The notes under the pieces are model-generated. The model worked only from the letters and a program-made list of their open reading frames with translations, was not told where the DNA came from and searched no databases. This document shows positions 61,567 to 64,000 of a stretch of 64,000 nt of DNA, piece after piece. How positions within the stretch are numbered: position 1 is the first letter of the stretch; the number at the start of each line of letters is the position of its first letter. Source of the DNA: Longimicrobiales bacterium (GTDB lineage Bacteria; Gemmatimonadota; Gemmatimonadetes; Longimicrobiales; Gaopeijiaceae); contig OZ241892.1 of NCBI GenBank assembly GCA_965203485.1, forward strand, positions 3,264,001 to 3,328,000, given 5' to 3'. Position numbers and translations under genes: made by a program.

Positions 61567-63177
61567 ATGCGCTTCTTCAACACGACCGGCCCGGTGGTGG
61601 CGGCGGACCACTATTGCATTCCGCCGCTGGAGCGGCTCGACCTTGGCGAAGTCCGGCGGATGATCGGCGAGAACCGCTACTTCGTCCTGCACGCGCCCCG
61701 CCAGACGGGCAAGACGTCGGCCTTGTTGGCGCTCCAGGATCTGCTCAACGCCGAAGGGCGCCATCGGTGCGTCTACGCCAACGTGGAGGGCGCCCAGACG
61801 GCCCGCGAAGACGTGCGGCGGGCCGTCCGCGTCATTCTGGGCCAGCTCGCGCTCCGCGCCCGGCGCGCGGTCGGCGACGAGTTTCTGACGGAAGCTTGGT
61901 CGCGCATTTGGGACGAGTTCGGAGAGGGAGCGCTGGGCGAGGCGCTGTCGCGCTGGGCCGAGGCCGATCCGAAGCCGCTGGTGCTCTTGGTCGACGAGAT
62001 CGACGCGCTGGTGGGAGACTCGTTGCTGTCGGTGTTGCGGCAACTCCGGGCGGGCTACGACATGCGTCCGTCCGGCTTTCCGCAGAGCGTGGTGCTGTGC
62101 GGCGTGCGCGACGTGCGCGACTACCGCATCCAATCGAGTTCGGCCGGCACGATGGTGGCGGGCGGCAGCGCGTTCAACGTCAAGGCCAAGTCGTTGCGGC
62201 TGGGCGACTTCCGCCGCGACGAAGTGACCGCGTTGCTCGGACAGCATACCGAGGAGACCGGCCAAGCGTTCGCCGGTGCGGTGCTGGAAGCCGTGTGGGC
62301 GCAGACCCAGGGCCAACCGTGGCTCGTCAACGCGCTGGCCTACGAGATGTGCTTCGAGGGGACCGGCGGCGCGAACGGGTCGCGGCGGATCGAGGAGGCC
62401 GACGTGCTGGAGGCTCGCGAGGCGTTGATCCTGCGCCGCGATACGCATCTGGACCAGCTGGCGGACAAGTTGCAGGAGGAACGCGTGCGGCGGGTGGTGG
62501 AGCCGTTGCTGGCGGGTGGCGGCGAGACCGTGTTTGCGCCGCGAGACCTGGAATACGTCCAGGACCTGGGGCTGGTGGCGAGGGATCTGCCGGTGCGCAT
62601 TGCGAATCCGATCTACGCCGAAGTGGTTCCGCGGGAGCTGGCGTGGGGGCCGGAAGCGAATTTGGCGCAGGACCCGGCGTGGTACGTCAGTGCGTCGGGC
62701 CGCTTGGAGATGGAAAGGTTGCTGGGCGCGTTCCAGGAGTTCTTCCGGGAGCATTCGGAGCACTGGGCCGAGCGCTTCCAGTACAAGGAGGCGGGTCCGC
62801 AATTGTTGTTGCAGGCGTTCCTGCAACGGATCGTGAACAGCGGCGGCCGCATCGAACGCGAGTACGGGCTGGGGCGCGGTCGCACGGACCTGCTGATTCT
62901 GTGGCCGCAGGGGGCCGCGAGCGCCGACGGCGCCGGACAGGGCGGCCGCACGCAGAAGGCGGTGGTAGAGTGCAAGGTGGTGCACCCGCGACGAGGCCTG
63001 GAGAGCACAATCGCCGACGGCGTCGAGCAGACGGCGGCCTACATGGACCGTTGCGGCACGGACCAAGGGCATCTGGTCGTCTTCGACCGCCGCGAGAAAC
63101 GCCACTGGGACCAGAAACTGTTTCGGCTCAACAAGGAAGCCCAAGACGGAGCGAAGATCACCGTCTGGGGGATGTGA
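61567..63177 (+). CDS. AAA ATPase with C-terminal PD-(D/E)XK-like domain
   Basis: MRFFNTTGP, APRQTGKTS, LVDEID, GQPWLVN, GRTDL...VECK. Confidence 0.88.
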   Translation: MRFFNTTGPVVAADHYCIPPLERLDLGEVRRMIGENRYFVLHAPRQTGKTSALLALQDLLNAEGRHRCVYANVEGAQTAREDVRRAVRVILGQLALRARRAVGDEFLTEAWSRIWDEFGEGALGEALSRWAEADPKPLVLLVDEIDALVGDSLLSVLRQLRAGYDMRPSGFPQSVVLCGVRDVRDYRIQSSSAGTMVAGGSAFNVKAKSLRLGDFRRDEVTALLGQHTEETGQAFAGAVLEAVWAQTQGQPWLVNALAYEMCFEGTGGANGSRRIEEADVLEAREALILRRDTHLDQLADKLQEERVRRVVEPLLAGGGETVFAPRDLEYVQDLGLVARDLPVRIANPIYAEVVPRELAWGPEANLAQDPAWYVSASGRLEMERLLGAFQEFFREHSEHWAERFQYKEAGPQLLLQAFLQRIVNSGGRIEREYGLGRGRTDLLILWPQGAASADGAGQGGRTQKAVVECKVVHPRRGLESTIADGVEQTAAYMDRCGTDQGHLVVFDRREKRHWDQKLFRLNKEAQDGAKITVWGM

Positions 63178-63250
63178 AGCCCGGAACTGGGGCGGACAGG
63201 GCTTCTACACGGAGGTCAGCCCAGCGTCTTCGAAGTTGGGGCCGCCGTGG

Positions 63251-63871
63251 TCAGCTCTCCTCCCGCCTGTCCAGTTCGACCGGTGTCGCGACACGGCTGT
63301 TCGCCAACGGCTCGCCCGGAGCTGGCCGTTCCAGGAAGGTGATGCTTTCGTAGTGGTCGTCCAAGGCGACGAACGTACCGTTGCGCTCCGCCCATTCGCG
63401 CATCCGGCGGTTGCAGCTGTGCCGCCACGACAGAACTTCGATGCGCCATCCCCGATTGTGCATTCTCTCCAGGTCGGCATGGAAGCCGACGCCCGAGTCG
63501 AACCCCGCGCCGTCTCCCGTGAGCAGCACGGCGGTTCCGGGGTCTCCATTGTGGTCGAAGGCGTCGCGAAGCATCGCCGTCTGGAGCATCTGGTCGACTC
63601 CCTGTTCTCCTCCGTGCATGGCGCCGCGCTCCAGCAGATGCACCGTGACGCCCTCGTTCTCCAAGCGGTTCCACACGTGGCGCAGCTCCGGCGGGATCGA
63701 GCCGACGGCCGCCGCGTGCTCGACCGCGCGCCCGGCCCGCGCCAGTTGCAGCAAGTGGCCGAAGTGCACCCTCACGCGGAACCGGGTTGCCTCCCCCTCG
63801 CGCCCGGCCGCAACATCCTTGGCGCCGATGAAGATGTTGGAATTGTCCCAGTAGACGAATGCTCTGTCCAT
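63251..63871 (-). CDS. NYN domain (PIN-like) protein
   Basis: YWDNSN, EQGVD, LLTGDG, IEVLSW. Confidence 0.88.
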   Translation of the reverse strand: MDRAFVYWDNSNIFIGAKDVAAGREGEATRFRVRVHFGHLLQLARAGRAVEHAAAVGSIPPELRHVWNRLENEGVTVHLLERGAMHGGEQGVDQMLQTAMLRDAFDHNGDPGTAVLLTGDGAGFDSGVGFHADLERMHNRGWRIEVLSWRHSCNRRMREWAERNGTFVALDDHYESITFLERPAPGEPLANSRVATPVELDRREES

Positions 63872-64000
63872 TTCTCTTCGTCCGCTCGGGGGGGCGGTCT
63901 ACGCCGAAACCTAGGCCTTCCGGCAGTATCGGGCAAGCCCCCGCCAGGAGTCTTCGAAGCTCGAGGCGACGGCGTACCGGGCGGCGAGGCCGGGGCCGGC

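Overview
High-GC bacterial chromosomal window. The gene repertoire (TonB-plug lipoprotein, DUF4249/TBDR, S9 peptidase, BTAD regulator, Rpn remnant, many AAA/R-M genes) suggests a Gemmatimonadota-like, possibly host-associated, genome; this is inference only. The main feature is a complete quinohemoprotein amine dehydrogenase operon, qhpA-D-C-B-F-E (14454-22192). It is bracketed by two different lower-GC type II-like R-M pairs, and a probable qhpG flavoprotein lies 5.7 kb upstream (7044-8747). Also present: a fused swivel+LeuC aconitase-family gene, a tRNA-Glu/tRNA-Val pair next to a doubly deleted AAA_21/DUF4276 remnant, modABC, and a BNR-propeller/MoaD-like/Tat-amidase operon. The right end holds a defence cluster (type ISP-like R-M, AAA-nuclease, NYN). 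The most notable unannotated signals are: (i) two long poly-C tracts (C15, C29) sitting exactly at frameshifts in the type ISP-like enzyme and an SGNH protein, which could be phase-variation switches or homopolymer errors; (ii) a 59-aa membrane-anchored ORF missed by the ORF track, with a consensus sigma-54 promoter, a strong SD, an apparent ATC start codon and a terminator; (iii) a twice-repeated GACAAAT-N10-ATCTGTC-N5-ATCTGTCGCG element between convergent genes. All family calls come from motif recognition; no searches were run.
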